A stretch of DNA of 64,000 bases from an uncultured Bacteroidota bacterium (GCA_963700635.1 CAVOYH010000001.1:352001-416000), one strand, 5' to 3'; numbered from the stretch's first letter, positions 1 through 11,369 are shown. The notes: generated by a model not told the origin, from the letters alone. Numbers and translations are program-made.

Positions 1-2
1 AA

Positions 3-920
3 GATACCATCCTGTTCTCCTCCTGCTGGGCCGCCAACGAAGCATTTTTTGCGTCGCTGACCAACGAAAAGCTCGGCATGGATTCGTACAAGGATGTGAT
101 CTACTCCGACAGGCTGAACCATGCGAGTATCATAGACGGCCAGCGGTTATGCAAGCCGGAGACAACGGACCGGAAGATCTACAAACACGTGGATATGGAT
201 GACCTCATCCGCCAGCTCGAAGAAGACAAACACACGCCGTATCGGTTCCGGATCATTGCCACGGATGGGGTGTTCAGCATGGAAGGGGATCTCGCGCCAC
301 TCGACCGGCTTGTGGACATTGCCGGCAGGTACGAGGCGCTGCTCTTTGTTGACGATTCCCATGCCGTGGGTGTGTGCGGGAAAACGGGAAGGGGAACGGC
401 GGAAGCAAAGGGCGTTCATGGCAAGATTGATGTGCTTACCGGAACCCTGGGTAAGGCCATCGGCGGGGCAGCGGGAGGATACATCAGCGGGAAGAAGGAA
501 CTTATCTCCTTTATGCGGCAGAAGGCGCGCACGTATATCTTCTCAAACTCGTTGCCCCCGCCCATCGTGTACGGTGCCTACACGGCGTTTGATCTTCTCA
601 TGAAAAACCGCTCCATCATAAGGCGGTTACGATCGAACACCAAATACTTCCGGAAAAAAATTGCCAAACTGGGATTTACCATCCTGGAGGGGGATCACCC
701 GATAGTCCCCATTATGCTCGGTGAAGCTGCGCTTGCCCAACAGATGAGCGTGGAATTGCTGAAAGAAGGGGTGTATATCAAAGGACTCTGGTTTCCGGTG
801 GTTCCGAAGGGTGAAGCCCGTTTGCGAGCGCAGGTGTCTGCCGCACTGAGCAAAAAGGACATCGACCGCGCGCTGAAGGCGTTCGCGAAAGTCGGACGGC
901 AGTTGAACGTTCTGAGGTGA
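3..920 (+). CDS. kbl: Glycine C-acetyltransferase (2-amino-3-ketobutyrate CoA ligase), PLP-dependent AONS family; 5' truncated by window edge
   Basis: Frame open from nt 3 (DTILFSSCWAANEA). Motifs SDRLNHASIIDG, TDGVFSMEGD, VDDSHA, TLGKAIGGA (PLP lysine) and FPVVPKGEARLR. Confidence 0.85.
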   Translation, partial: DTILFSSCWAANEAFFASLTNEKLGMDSYKDVIYSDRLNHASIIDGQRLCKPETTDRKIYKHVDMDDLIRQLEEDKHTPYRFRIIATDGVFSMEGDLAPLDRLVDIAGRYEALLFVDDSHAVGVCGKTGRGTAEAKGVHGKIDVLTGTLGKAIGGAAGGYISGKKELISFMRQKARTYIFSNSLPPPIVYGAYTAFDLLMKNRSIIRRLRSNTKYFRKKIAKLGFTILEGDHPIVPIMLGEAALAQQMSVELLKEGVYIKGLWFPVVPKGEARLRAQVSAALSKKDIDRALKAFAKVGRQLNVLR

Positions 921-974
921 TCGTGTGTTGTAGATTCAACAGAAACCAGACATGAAGAAGGAAGCCAGCCGCTG

Positions 975-2064
975 ATGAGTGGGATTACAGAAGATCGTGT
1001 ACGGGAAGCACTGAAGGTCGTCCGGGATCCGGACCTCCACAAGGATATCGTCTCACTGGGGTTCGTCAAGACGGTCAAGATTGATGGGAATGCCGTTCTG
1101 GTGACGATCGAACTCACCACACCGGCCTGCCCTGTGCGTGATGAGCTGAAGGACGCCGCGGTGACCGCGATCCGCGCCAGCGTTCCCGGCGTGGGGAATG
1201 TGGCCGTTGAGATGACCTCCCGGGTTACCCAGAATGAACAGCGGCAGAAAACTGCGGTCCTGCCGGGCGTAAAAAACACCATCGCAGTGGCCTCCGGCAA
1301 AGGAGGTGTCGGGAAGTCAACGGTCTCCGTAAATCTCGCCGTCGCCCTTGCAAAGGAAGGGGCGCGGGTCGGACTTTGTGGATGCTGATATCTACGGCCC
1401 GAGTATCCCCCTGATGATGGGCATTACCGGCCGGCCGACGTTGCACAACCAGCGCCTCCAACCGATGGAAAACTGGGGAGTAAAAGTGATGTCGATCGGG
1501 TTTCTCGTGGATCCCATGCAGGCGGTGATCTGGCGTGGACCGATGGCCAGTGGCGCGGTGAAGCAGTTTATGACTGATGTCGACTGGGGAGAACTCGACT
1601 ATCTTGTTTTTGACCTCCCTCCGGGCACGGGTGATATCCAGCTGACACTGGTGCAAACCCTGCCGTTAACGGGAGCAGTGATCGTGACGACGCCCCAGGA
1701 TATCTCCCTGGCCGATGCACGCAAAGGGTATGTGATGTTCGAAAAGGTCCAGGTGCCAGTCCTCGGACTGATCGAAAACATGAGCTATTTCGTCTGCCGG
1801 CACTGCGGCACGCGGGAGGAAATCTTTGACAACGGTGGGGGGCGGCGGGCGGCAGAAGAACTTGGTGTTCCTTTTCTCGGGGACATCCCCATCTTCACCA
1901 GTATCCGGGTCAGCGGGGACAGCGGGAAGCCTATCGTGCTGGATGAAACTCCCGGCGGACCGGCAGAAAACATCATGCGTATCGCCCGCAACATGGCAGC
2001 CCAGGTGAGCATTCGTAATGCCCTCACATCCGGTGATGCCGCGGTCGATATCCAGCTGTCCTGA
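975..2064 (+). CDS. apbC: Mrp/NBP35 (ApbC) Fe-S cluster carrier ATPase with N-terminal DUF59 domain; split by a 1-nt frameshift at ~1375-1377
   Basis: ORF 975..1388 has DUF59 ([21 protein letters not shown]) and [14 protein letters not shown] 1348..2064 has [21 protein letters not shown] and ENMS..C..C. Removing one T from ggactttgtg restores [14 protein letters not shown]. Confidence 0.9.
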
Positions 2065-2078
2065 AAGAGAACGCTCAT

Positions 2079-2312
2079 ATGGCATCAGAAATTGAGGAAC
2101 GAATTCAGTATGCCCTGGCCCAGGTGCGTCCCTATCTCCAGGCCGATGGAGGAGATGTGGATTTTAAACGTATGCGTGATGACGGCATATTGGAACTATC
2201 GTGGACCGGAACGTGCAAGACCTGCCCCATGAGCGTCATGACGCTCAGAGCAGGGGTGGAACGGACCATTATGAAGGAAGTACCGGAGGTAAAGAGAGTC
2301 GAAACCGTCTAA
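2079..2312 (+). CDS. NifU C-terminal (Nfu-type) Fe-S scaffold/carrier protein
   Basis: VRPYLQADGGDV and GTCKTCP (CxxC) motifs; directly follows mrp. Confidence 0.9.
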   Translation: MASEIEERIQYALAQVRPYLQADGGDVDFKRMRDDGILELSWTGTCKTCPMSVMTLRAGVERTIMKEVPEVKRVETV

Positions 2313-2354
2313 GAGGGCGGATGGGTATGGTGGACCACCATCCCCGGGGGGCAC

Positions 2355-3023
2355 CTATCTCCTGCGCAGTTCCACCTCGTAGATTTTCCCATCCCTTACC
2401 TGCAATATCCTCTCGTTCAATCGCCGCACCAACTCATAATTATGCGTTGCCATGATGACGGCGGTTCCCCTCGTGTTGATGTTCATCAGAAGTTCCAGGA
2501 TCTCCCTCGACGTTGTGGGGTCAAGATTGCCCGTTGGTTCGTCTGCGAGAAGAAAATGAGGGTTGTTGACCAGTGCTCTCGCGATGACGACCCGCTGTTG
2601 TTCCCCGCCTGATATCTCGGCGGGAAGTTTGTTGCGCTGATGGCTCAAACCCACATCGGCGAGAGCATGTAGCACACGCTTTTTTATTTCTTTCCCCTTC
2701 ACTCCGGTGACGTGCAGGGCAAACGCGACATTGTCATACACTGTTCGATCATCAAACAGCCGGTAATCCTGAAAGATTATCCCCAGGGTCCGCCGGAGAT
2801 AGGGTGTGGCCCGACGGTGGATGGTGGAGGATATGTATTTTCCCACGACAACTGTTCCGCGCGTTGGTCTCAAATCCATGTACATCAACTTCAACACCGT
2901 GCTCTTGCCGGACCCGGTCTGGCCGACGAGGAAGACAAATTCACCCGGCTTGACTTCGAAAGAAATATTGTCCAGCACGGGATGGTTGTCATACATAAAA
3001 CTGACATCGGAGAAGCGGATCAT
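2355..3023 (-). CDS. ftsE: Cell division ABC ATPase FtsE
   Basis: GQTGSGKST, PYLRRTLGIIFQDYRL, SGGEQQRV, ADEPTGNLD and MATH motifs. Confidence 0.88.
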   Translation of the reverse strand: MIRFSDVSFMYDNHPVLDNISFEVKPGEFVFLVGQTGSGKSTVLKLMYMDLRPTRGTVVVGKYISSTIHRRATPYLRRTLGIIFQDYRLFDDRTVYDNVAFALHVTGVKGKEIKKRVLHALADVGLSHQRNKLPAEISGGEQQRVVIARALVNNPHFLLADEPTGNLDPTTSREILELLMNINTRGTAVIMATHNYELVRRLNERILQVRDGKIYEVELRRR

Positions 3024-4039
3024 CGGGTCGACCTCCTTCGCATCAGGCGACGGCGATTGGCTGCCACGGTGACGGCCAGGCGGATTGCCTCCTGCATGCT
3101 GGTGGGGTCGGCGACACCGCTGCCCGCCACAGCGAAGGCGGTTCCGTGGTCCGGAGAGGTTCGTACAATGCGTAATCCCACGCTCACGTTCACGGCGCGA
3201 TTGCCGGAAGACATCTTGAGGGGAATGAGACCCTGATCATGATACATCGCCACCACGGCATCGTAGACGCCTGGCTGGTAGCGGGCAAAGAACCCATCAG
3301 CCGGGAACGGTCCGTCCACCCTGATGCGCTTGAGCCGAAGGCGCTCGATTGCGGGCAGAATCCTCCGCTGTTCTTCCGTCCCGATGTACCCGCCTTCGCC
3401 AGCATGGGGATTCAAGGCCAGAAGAGCGATATGCGGTTTTGTGATGCCCCAGTCACGGATTAATGCATCGTGAATAATCCGCGTCCTTCGGACTATCAGT
3501 TCCGTGGACAACACGGCGGAGACACGGGCGAGCGGTTCGTGAATGGTTATCAGCCCGACGCGCATCTGCGGAGCCACCAGCATCATTGCCACTTCATGGG
3601 AATTCGAAAGCCTCTTCAGCATCTCTGTCTGCCCCGGGGCCTTGATGCCGGCCAGGTGGAGAGCCTGCTTCGAGACAGGGGCGGTGACCATCGCTTCCAC
3701 GAGTCCGGACAGAGCAAGCTGGGCAGCGGATGAGATTGCCGTGGCGGCAGCATGCCCGGCCGCATGAGAGAGTTGTCCGGGCTTGATGGCATCGACATTC
3801 ACCGTTGAGGATTCCAGAATCCAGAACCCCCGCTCCTGATGCGCAGTCCGGCCGCTCCACTCATGAAGGTGGAGCCCGATGTTCAACAATCGGGCATAGT
3901 GTTCGAACACGGTTCGTGGACCAACCAGGACGGGAGTGCACAGCGCGCGAATTGACCGCTTCGTGACACTCTTTAATACCACTTCGGGTCCAATCCCGTT
4001 AAAATCCCCGACCGTAATGGCAATAAGTGGTTTGTTCAT
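3020..4039 (-). CDS. pdxA: 4-hydroxythreonine-4-phosphate dehydrogenase PdxA
   Basis: GDFNGIGPEV, TAPVSK, LNPHAGEGG, AMYHDQGLIP and RTSPDHGTAF motifs. Confidence 0.95.
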   Translation of the reverse strand: MNKPLIAITVGDFNGIGPEVVLKSVTKRSIRALCTPVLVGPRTVFEHYARLLNIGLHLHEWSGRTAHQERGFWILESSTVNVDAIKPGQLSHAAGHAAATAISSAAQLALSGLVEAMVTAPVSKQALHLAGIKAPGQTEMLKRLSNSHEVAMMLVAPQMRVGLITIHEPLARVSAVLSTELIVRRTRIIHDALIRDWGITKPHIALLALNPHAGEGGYIGTEEQRRILPAIERLRLKRIRVDGPFPADGFFARYQPGVYDAVVAMYHDQGLIPLKMSSGNRAVNVSVGLRIVRTSPDHGTAFAVAGSGVADPTSMQEAIRLAVTVAANRRRLMRRRSTR

Positions 4040-5388
4040 GGCGCAGAAGGAAGAAGTGAATACGTCCCGTTTCTCTTTTCATCAACGAAGGTGAATCGTA
4101 ATCGTGACCGTTCATAGATCCATGTTTCCGTGTGGCCTCCACTCGGCTGCAGGCTCCGTTCTGTCAGTGTCGGCGGACCATACAGGATGAAGATACGGCC
4201 ACGATCAGTCTTTGTTCCATCCTGTTCCCGAAGCGTCACAAACTCCCGCTGCGCATGATCAACACGACGATAATACTCGGCCATTACCTCGTTCATCGCC
4301 GTCCCGGGCGTCGCATCCCTGGTCGACCAGAACCGTTCCAGATTTTCCCGGCGTTTTTCAAAACTCCCCCTCTTCAATGAGTCAAGCTGGTTTTCAGTCG
4401 TGACAAACCGCAACGACTCAAACGCCCTGTCCAGGTCCTTCAAAGAGAGAGGCATTGTCGGCCAGATATTCCTGAACGAACGGGTCAGCGACGCCGTATC
4501 GGCTCCCGCCTGGAAATGCACGGTGAGGAGATAGGAACGAAGGGGAAGAGTTTCTGTGCGGAGCGGGACCGTAAGATACGCTACACGATTACCCGGGCTA
4601 TCCGCGACCAGGTACGCAGGCGGTCCGCCGGTTTTTTCAGGGACGAGATTCTTTCCTTTGAGGAGCGGCACGAAGCCAACGGTATCGGCCACGACAATCG
4701 GTCCCGTCTGCCCCTCTTTCTCCTCCAGCGTAATCCAGTACTTTACAACGACGCCGGTAGTGGTATCGTGAGGCAGAACACATGCAACGAGCAAGTCGCG
4801 CTGGGCACTGAAGAGCATATCGTTCCCGAATGTATCAAGTACGATCCGATCGTCCGCGCGCCGAGATACAAACGACAATCCGTAGGGTGTGAACGGATGG
4901 CCACCCCCGCTGACGGCCTGGACGGAAAGCGGTGGGTGGACATAACGCCTCTGGGATTGACGGTCCGTTGCCTCGAAAAAGACTTTATACTTTCCGGCGG
5001 GAACAGTGAAGGTGGTAATCCCTTCATACCAGAATCGTTCACCCGGAACAGGTTCTGAGCGGAAGTCGGGAATACTCACCTTTGTGAATTCCCGGGTGAC
5101 GGACACCCCTGCGGAATCGAACAGTTCGATGAGCATTTCGCCGTTACGCACAAACGGACTGGTCGCCGCGTTGTCGGATGTGCGCAGCGGGACAAAGAAG
5201 TCGCGTTCGATGGTGTACAGAACATCCACCCGGGAAGTCAGTGAGTCCGTTCCGGGGAGGCTCCTGGCTGAAAGGAAGGCGAACTGCAACGGCACCGTCG
5301 AACGGGGGGGCCCCTGGGGTTGGGCCGATGTCATTCCAGACAACACCATCAGCAGAGAGAGTATGAATCGAACGTTGTGAGTGCGCAT
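4036..5388 (-). CDS. GWxTD-domain secreted protein
   Basis: Signal peptide; C-terminal FWSTRD.TPGT..NE...EYYRRV..A...F...GTKTDRGRIFILYGPP, a GWxTD-family motif with a variant residue. Confidence 0.8.
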   Translation of the reverse strand: MRTHNVRFILSLLMVLSGMTSAQPQGPPRSTVPLQFAFLSARSLPGTDSLTSRVDVLYTIERDFFVPLRTSDNAATSPFVRNGEMLIELFDSAGVSVTREFTKVSIPDFRSEPVPGERFWYEGITTFTVPAGKYKVFFEATDRQSQRRYVHPPLSVQAVSGGGHPFTPYGLSFVSRRADDRIVLDTFGNDMLFSAQRDLLVACVLPHDTTTGVVVKYWITLEEKEGQTGPIVVADTVGFVPLLKGKNLVPEKTGGPPAYLVADSPGNRVAYLTVPLRTETLPLRSYLLTVHFQAGADTASLTRSFRNIWPTMPLSLKDLDRAFESLRFVTTENQLDSLKRGSFEKRRENLERFWSTRDATPGTAMNEVMAEYYRRVDHAQREFVTLREQDGTKTDRGRIFILYGPPTLTERSLQPSGGHTETWIYERSRLRFTFVDEKRNGTYSLLPSAP

Positions 5389-5397
5389 AGGCCGGCC

Positions 5398-6927
5398 CTA
5401 CTGTTTGTAATGACGAAGAAAATCGATCAGGAGACGTACCCCGACGCCGGAAGCGCCGCGAGGGGTGTAGTCTCCGGCTTCCTCCAGGATTGCGGTACCG
5501 GCGATATCAAGGTGGACCCAGGGATACGGACCGATAAAGTGTTTGAGGAAGAGCGCGGCCGTAATCGTTCCGGCCCATCGCCCACCCACATTCTTGACGT
5601 CGGCGATTTCGCTCTTGATGAGCTTTTCATATTCCTCGAACATGGGCAACTCCCACACCCGCTCGTACGTCCGCCCGCCGGCGGTACGCAACTGGCGCAT
5701 GGCGGAGTCTGAAGTGCCGAGCATGCCCGTGGCAACATGTCCGAGCGCCACAACCACCGCCCCCGTCAGGGTGGCGAGGTCCACCACCAGGTCCGGCTTG
5801 TAGCGTGAAGCGTAGGAGAGGGCGTCGGCAAGTATCAGGCGTCCTTCGGCATCGGTGTTGTCAACTTCGGAAGTTTTTCCGTTGTAGTGCCTGAGGATGT
5901 CGCCGGGTTTTAAAGCGTTCCCGCCGGGGAGGTTCTCGGCAGCGGGGACGAGTCCGACCAGGCGAAGGGGCAGACGCATGTCCGATGCGGCCTGCATGGT
6001 GCCGATCACCGCGGCTGCGCCTGACATGTCCATTTTCATCTCTGCCATATTCGCCGAGGGTTTGATCGAAATTCCCCCCGAATCGAAGGTAACACCCTTC
6101 CCGACCAGCACGATCACCGGGAGGTTTTTGCGGCGGGGCCGCGGTGTATACTCCATGACAATGAATCGCGGCGGGTTCCGGCTGCCTTTTGCCACTCCGA
6201 GCAGTCCCCCCATTTTCAACCGGCTGATCTTTTTCTCATCAAACACAACCACGGAGAACCCGTGGCGACGGCCTGCTGTACGCGCCCGCTGCGCCAATGT
6301 TTCGGGATAAATCTCATTGCCCGGCGCATTCGCGAGATCACGCGCCAGCAACGTAGCGTCACAAACAACAGATGCGTCGCCCACACCCAGCGTATACGGG
6401 CGATGGTCCTTGCGCGTCGGCAGAAGAAGAGTGAACGAGGTTACCCCGCGGAAGTCTCCCTTCACCCGCGTGCGGTACTTGTCGAAGCGATACGCAGCCA
6501 GAGCAGCACCTTCGGCAAATGCCATCGCGAGTTCGCGGATCGATACTCCCGTCGTCAGAAGAGGGAGAAGGGCGGGCGTCGTGTGATCAGGTACCTGGAG
6601 CGTAACCTTGGCGGCATGCTGGGCGGTTGCCGTCTTCATCGCCGCGGCGGATATCCGGCGGGCGATTTCAAGGCTGAACTTCTCGACCCTTCCTGCGCCT
6701 ATGAGCACGACCTGTGATACGTGCGCTCCGGCAAGAGGAACGGTGAGGGTCTGGCCCGTTTTGCCCCTGAACGCGCCCGCCGTGACCGGAGGAGGTACGC
6801 CCCCGACCGCCTTGTGGATCGCGTCTATCTGACGGGAGAAGCCGGGTTCATTCTCGAAGACAATCTGTGCCACGAGATCGGCACGGATTTTTTCCGGCCT
6901 TCCGACCGCAACACGCAGAGTAATCAT
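5398..6927 (-). CDS. pepA: Leucyl aminopeptidase (M17)
   Basis: VGKGVTFDSGG, MKMDMSGAA, NTDAEGRL and DLATLTGA motifs. Confidence 0.95.
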   Translation of the reverse strand: MITLRVAVGRPEKIRADLVAQIVFENEPGFSRQIDAIHKAVGGVPPPVTAGAFRGKTGQTLTVPLAGAHVSQVVLIGAGRVEKFSLEIARRISAAAMKTATAQHAAKVTLQVPDHTTPALLPLLTTGVSIRELAMAFAEGAALAAYRFDKYRTRVKGDFRGVTSFTLLLPTRKDHRPYTLGVGDASVVCDATLLARDLANAPGNEIYPETLAQRARTAGRRHGFSVVVFDEKKISRLKMGGLLGVAKGSRNPPRFIVMEYTPRPRRKNLPVIVLVGKGVTFDSGGISIKPSANMAEMKMDMSGAAAVIGTMQAASDMRLPLRLVGLVPAAENLPGGNALKPGDILRHYNGKTSEVDNTDAEGRLILADALSYASRYKPDLVVDLATLTGAVVVALGHVATGMLGTSDSAMRQLRTAGGRTYERVWELPMFEEYEKLIKSEIADVKNVGGRWAGTITAALFLKHFIGPYPWVHLDIAGTAILEEAGDYTPRGASGVGVRLLIDFLRHYKQ

Positions 6928-7919
6928 TGATCTGTTTGAGCCTGTGGTGTCAGGTATTTTTCTGCTGCCTGGAGGACGCCATCACGCAAAGTGGCGACAG
7001 CCTTTCCGCGAATGGTTGCACCTGCGGCATTTTTATGTCCGCCGCCGCCGAATTCCTTTGCAAGAAGGTTGATGGGTATTTCACCCCTTGACCGAAAGCT
7101 GATTTTTGTGCCTTCGGGGATTTCGACAAAGAGAATGCCGATGGTAACCCCGTCAATGCTCATGGGATACGTGGTAAAATTATCGGTGTCTGATTCGATT
7201 GTGTCCGTGCGCTGCAGCATTTCCCGGGTAATCGCGATGGAGGCAATCCTTCCTTCGCCGTTCAGGCGTAAGCTGCCCAGCGTTTCTCCGAGAAGGCGCA
7301 TGCGGCCGTTCGACCAGCGGTCATAGACCATGCGGTAGATCTCCACCGGATCTGCTCCGCGCTCAATCAATCTGGCAACGATCCGGTGAACATTCGCATC
7401 CACGCGGGGGTACCTGAACGATCCGGTATCGGTCATGATTGCGCAGTAGAGCGCCTGAGCCATCGGGGGAGAAAGCGTCTGATCATGTTCACAATCCAGC
7501 AGCGTGTACAGTATTTCGCCGGTTGAGGTGGCTTCGGGGTCGATATAGTAGTGTTCGGCGAAGTCCGCCGGTTCAAGGTGATGATCAACGCAGATTTTTA
7601 GTGCGGGACTGCGTCGTATGAACTGCTCCATGGAGGCGGTGCGGCCCGGACTGTTGGTGTCCACAACCGCGATGACATCGGCATTATTGATGAGGCCTGC
7701 ATCACGGCCTTCATCAAAGACGTGAATCGTGGCTTCGGGATCAAGGAACTGAAACACGAACGGGGTAGGACTGCAATTGATGATCGTCACCTCTTTGCCG
7801 CGGGCCGCAAGCCAGGCGGCGAGCGCAAGCTCGGAGCCAAGCGCGTCCCCGTCGGGATTGACGTGTGTCGTCAGAACGAAGCGCTGATGGGCCAGCAAGA
7901 AAGTGGTAAGAGGTTTCAT
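6924..7919 (-). CDS. nrnA: DHH/DHHA1 phosphoesterase, bifunctional oligoribonuclease/PAP phosphatase NrnA family
   Basis: HVNPDGDALGS, VDHH, TDTGSF, SFRS and GGGGHKNAAG motifs. Confidence 0.88.
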   Translation of the reverse strand: MKPLTTFLLAHQRFVLTTHVNPDGDALGSELALAAWLAARGKEVTIINCSPTPFVFQFLDPEATIHVFDEGRDAGLINNADVIAVVDTNSPGRTASMEQFIRRSPALKICVDHHLEPADFAEHYYIDPEATSTGEILYTLLDCEHDQTLSPPMAQALYCAIMTDTGSFRYPRVDANVHRIVARLIERGADPVEIYRMVYDRWSNGRMRLLGETLGSLRLNGEGRIASIAITREMLQRTDTIESDTDNFTTYPMSIDGVTIGILFVEIPEGTKISFRSRGEIPINLLAKEFGGGGHKNAAGATIRGKAVATLRDGVLQAAEKYLTPQAQTDQ

Positions 7920-7960
7920 CAGTCAGGGTTGTGCCAATATAGGGATTTTACCCGTAACAG

Positions 7961-7984
7961 AAAAGGGAGGCAGAGCCTCCCTTT
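7961..7984 (-). terminator. Intrinsic terminator downstream of korB
   Basis: Hairpin AAAGGGAGGC-AGA-GCCTCCCTTT, with a T-run on the minus strand, 25 nt after the korB stop. Confidence 0.7.
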
Positions 7985-8008
7985 CCCGGGACACCTGTGA
8001 AATGCCGG

Positions 8009-9040
8009 CTACTGAATTACCCAGGTCTCGTCGCCGTTCAAGAGTTTCTGCAAATCCTCATCCCCCCCCCGCTTGGACTTTGCTTTTGCGATCTGTTGCT
8101 GCATCATCTCTTCGTATGTCGGCCGGGTGTGTGCCAGGAACACGCCCATGGGCCGGGGGAGATCGGGATTATGGATCATATTTGAGAGGATAAACGCCAG
8201 CGTGGAATCCTGCTCGTTGTGCACCAGCAGGTCGTTTACGGAATATTTGCCCTCGCTAATGTTGACAATCTCAGGGGTAAATCCGTTCAACCGGATTCCC
8301 ATCTCTTTCGTTTTTCCGAACAGGAGCGGCTTATCATGTTCCAGATACACGACGTGGTCTTCGCGGCTGTCTTTTTCGGTGTAGAGGGCGAAGGCGCCGT
8401 CGTTGAAGACATTGCAGTTTTGATAGATTTCGATAAATGCGGAACCGTGGTGGTATTCGGCCCTGCGGACGATCTCCTGGAGATGCTTAGGATCCCGGTC
8501 CATCGCGCGCGCAACCAGTGTTGCCCCGGCCCCCAGTGCAAGGGACACCGGGATAAACGGAGGGTCAATCACTCCCATCGGAGTGGACTTGGTCACCTGC
8601 CCCATCTGGGACGTCGGAGAGTATTGCCCTTTTGTAAGGCCGTAAATCTGATTGTTGAACAGGAGCACCTTGATGTTCATATTCCGGCGGAGCATGTGGA
8701 TCATGTGATTCCCGCCGATGCTCAGCCCATCACCGTCGCCCGTAGCCACCCAGACATCAAGTTTCGGGTTGACCATCTTCACGCCGGATGCGATGGCGGG
8801 TGCGCGGCCGTGGATACCGTGGATCCCGTAAATGTCCAGGTAGTACGGGAACCGGCTTGAACATCCGATGCCGGAGACCGCGACGAAATTTTCTTTCTTA
8901 TGCGGAAATTCCGGGAATACCCGTTGCACCTGGGCAAGGATGGAGTAGTCGCCGCAACCCGGACACCAGCGAACATCCTGATCCGATTGGAAATCCTTCA
9001 CTGTAAGTTTTGCCGGTGTCGCCGCAATGGTATCAGGCAT
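8009..9040 (-). CDS. korB: 2-oxoacid:ferredoxin oxidoreductase beta subunit
   Basis: [32 protein letters not shown] and [11 protein letters not shown] motifs. Start placed at MPDT, overlapping the korA stop. Confidence 0.93.
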   Translation of the reverse strand: MPDTIAATPAKLTVKDFQSDQDVRWCPGCGDYSILAQVQRVFPEFPHKKENFVAVSGIGCSSRFPYYLDIYGIHGIHGRAPAIASGVKMVNPKLDVWVATGDGDGLSIGGNHMIHMLRRNMNIKVLLFNNQIYGLTKGQYSPTSQMGQVTKSTPMGVIDPPFIPVSLALGAGATLVARAMDRDPKHLQEIVRRAEYHHGSAFIEIYQNCNVFNDGAFALYTEKDSREDHVVYLEHDKPLLFGKTKEMGIRLNGFTPEIVNISEGKYSVNDLLVHNEQDSTLAFILSNMIHNPDLPRPMGVFLAHTRPTYEEMMQQQIAKAKSKRGGDEDLQKLLNGDETWVIQ

Positions 9041-10877
9041 TATTTCCTCCAAGGATTTCGTCTATCCTGTTCTCGATTTCGTCTGAAAGTAAAGGCAGAC
9101 CTTTGATCACATTAAATCCGATTGCCGGAACGAGATACTTTGCCCGGATCAGTTTGATGAGCTGGCCGTTGTTGATTTCGGGGATCAGCACCTGTTTGAA
9201 CCGTTGGAGGATTTCCCCGAGGTTTTTCGGAAAGGGGCTCACATAGCGGAGGTGGGCGTGGGAAACGGAAAGACCACGTTCCCGGGCCTCTGTCACCGCG
9301 CTCTTGATTGCCCCGTACGTACTTCCCCAGCCAAGAACCAGCAGATCTCCCTTTTGATCGCCCTCGATCGTTTGTTCGGGTATGTCGTCCGCGATGCGTT
9401 CGATTTTTTCCGCACGTTTATTGATCATCAAATTATGATTGTCGGGATCGTAGGAGATGTTGCCGGTGATGTTTGCTTTTTCGAGTCCGCCTATGCGGTG
9501 TTCGAGCCCGGGTGTTCCGGGGATTGCCCACGGGCGGGCGAGGGTTTTCTCGTCGCGCATGTACGGCTGAAATGTTTTGGGGTCGGAGGCGAATGTGACC
9601 GGGATCTCGGGAAGGTCTTTCACCAGGGGGATCCTCCACGGCTCTGCACCGTTGCCAAGATAACCGTCCGTCAGGCAGATAACCGGGGTCATAAACTTTA
9701 CGGCGAGGCGGGCAGCTTCGAATGCGGTGTCAAAACAGTCGACAGGAGTGGAGGCCGCCAGGACACAGAGTGGCGCTTCGCCGTTACGTCCGACCACCGC
9801 TTGCAGAAGGTCGGCCTGTTCGGTCTTTGTGGGGAGACCGGTACTTGGTCCGCCCCGTTGAACGTTTATGATCACGAGCGGTAATTCAAGAATCACCGCG
9901 AGCCCTATCGCTTCGGTTTTTAGTGCCAGACCGGGTCCGCTTGTAGTCGTTGCTGCCAGTGCGCCGGCGTACGATGCGCCGATGGCTGAACAGATTGCAG
10001 CGATTTCATCTTCTGCCTGGAATGTCTTGACGCCGAATTCTTTGTGACGCGACAGCTCGTGCAGGATATCGCTGGCGGGTGTGATAGGATAGCTTCCGAG
10101 GAACAGTTGAAGGTTCGCCTTTTTTGCCGCCGCCACCAGGCCCAGTGCGCTGGCAACGTTCCCCATGATGTTCCGGTATGTGCCGGGGGCAAGGGCGGCG
10201 GGCTTGACATCATAACGGGTGGTAAACACTTCAGTGGTATCGCCAAAATTAAACCCCGTCTTCAGCACCCGGATGTTGGCCTCGGCCATCTCCGGATCTT
10301 TGGTTCCGAACTTCTCCTTGATAAACCGGACTGATTGGTCAATCGGCCGGTTGTACATCCAGTACATCAGCCCGAGGGCGAAGAAGTTTCTGGTCTTGTC
10401 CACCATGCGCGTCGAGATATTCATGTCCTCCAGCGCATTTGCGGTGAGCTTGCTGATGGCCACTCGATTAACCTGAAATTTGGCCAGCGTGCCATCTTCA
10501 AGAGGATTTGTAGTAAGATTGGCGAGTTTCAGGTTTTTTTCGGTAAACGCATCCTCATTGACGATGACCATGCCTCCGTCCCGGAGGAGTTTCACGTTCG
10601 TGACGAGTGCCGCGGGATTCATTGCAACCAGGACATCGCAGACGTCGCCCGGGGTGTGTATGTCGGTGCTCCCGAACTTGATCTGGAATCCGCTCACGCC
10701 ATATTTTGTACCGGCCGGGGCGCGTATTTCTGCCGGGTAATCGGGAAGAGTGCTCAAATCTGCGCCCAGCGAGGCCACGGTATTGGTAAATTGTGTGCCG
10801 GTCATTTGCATGCCGTCACCCGAATCACCGGCGAAGCGGATAGTGACTTCTTCGAGAGTCTTCAGCTGTTTTGCCAT
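9033..10877 (-). CDS. korA: 2-oxoacid:ferredoxin oxidoreductase alpha subunit (gamma-alpha fusion)
   Basis: [41 protein letters not shown] and [12 protein letters not shown] motifs. Confidence 0.95.
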   Translation of the reverse strand: MAKQLKTLEEVTIRFAGDSGDGMQMTGTQFTNTVASLGADLSTLPDYPAEIRAPAGTKYGVSGFQIKFGSTDIHTPGDVCDVLVAMNPAALVTNVKLLRDGGMVIVNEDAFTEKNLKLANLTTNPLEDGTLAKFQVNRVAISKLTANALEDMNISTRMVDKTRNFFALGLMYWMYNRPIDQSVRFIKEKFGTKDPEMAEANIRVLKTGFNFGDTTEVFTTRYDVKPAALAPGTYRNIMGNVASALGLVAAAKKANLQLFLGSYPITPASDILHELSRHKEFGVKTFQAEDEIAAICSAIGASYAGALAATTTSGPGLALKTEAIGLAVILELPLVIINVQRGGPSTGLPTKTEQADLLQAVVGRNGEAPLCVLAASTPVDCFDTAFEAARLAVKFMTPVICLTDGYLGNGAEPWRIPLVKDLPEIPVTFASDPKTFQPYMRDEKTLARPWAIPGTPGLEHRIGGLEKANITGNISYDPDNHNLMINKRAEKIERIADDIPEQTIEGDQKGDLLVLGWGSTYGAIKSAVTEARERGLSVSHAHLRYVSPFPKNLGEILQRFKQVLIPEINNGQLIKLIRAKYLVPAIGFNVIKGLPLLSDEIENRIDEILGGNNA

Positions 10878-10925
10878 AGCTTTCCCAGGTGGATGGAACT
10901 CGTGTGCAGAGCCTGATGCGGCAGC

Positions 10926-11369
10926 TTATTCGCTGACCACCCAGACTTTCACATTACCTATAACATTCTGGTGAAGCTTTACGTTCACAGTATAAATCCC
11001 GAGGGCCTTAATGGGTTCTTCCAGGTCGATGATACGCTTATCAATCGTGTACCCCTGTTCTTTCAGGGCATCGGAGATCATCTGGGAAGTGACGGAGCCA
11101 AAGAGCTTTTCGTCTTCGCCGACCTTCATTTTGATGGTCAGGGAGACCTTTTCAAGGTTTGCGGCGAGTTTCTCGGTTTCTTTCAGCTCTTTGTTTGAGC
11201 GTCGCGCCGCCTGCTTCTTTTCCTCTTCCAGCGCCCGGATACTTCCGTCGGTGGCTGGATAGGCGATGCCACGGGGGATCAGGTAATTCCGGGCGTAGCC
11301 GTTCTTCACATCGGCCACCGTCCCGATCTGGCCCAGTTTGTCGTGTTCTTTACGTAAAATGACTTTCAT
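10926..11369 (-). CDS. rplI: 50S ribosomal protein L9
   Basis: MKVIL...VKNGYARNYLIP and KLFGSVT motifs. Confidence 0.97.
   Translation of the reverse strand: MKVILRKEHDKLGQIGTVADVKNGYARNYLIPRGIAYPATDGSIRALEEEKKQAARRSNKELKETEKLAANLEKVSLTIKMKVGEDEKLFGSVTSQMISDALKEQGYTIDKRIIDLEEPIKALGIYTVNVKLHQNVIGNVKVWVVSE

Noticed and set aside
3-920. First gene as serine palmitoyltransferase or BioF
   Set aside because: Motifs (TDGVFSMEG, TLGKAIGGA, FPVVPKGEARLR) fit Kbl better, although the family is shared and phylogeny would be needed to be sure.
1380-1388. GGA-TGC-TGA ending the first mrp ORF as a possible selenocysteine readthrough
   Set aside because: Homology continues in a different frame (VDADIYGPS), so it is a frameshift and not UGA recoding.
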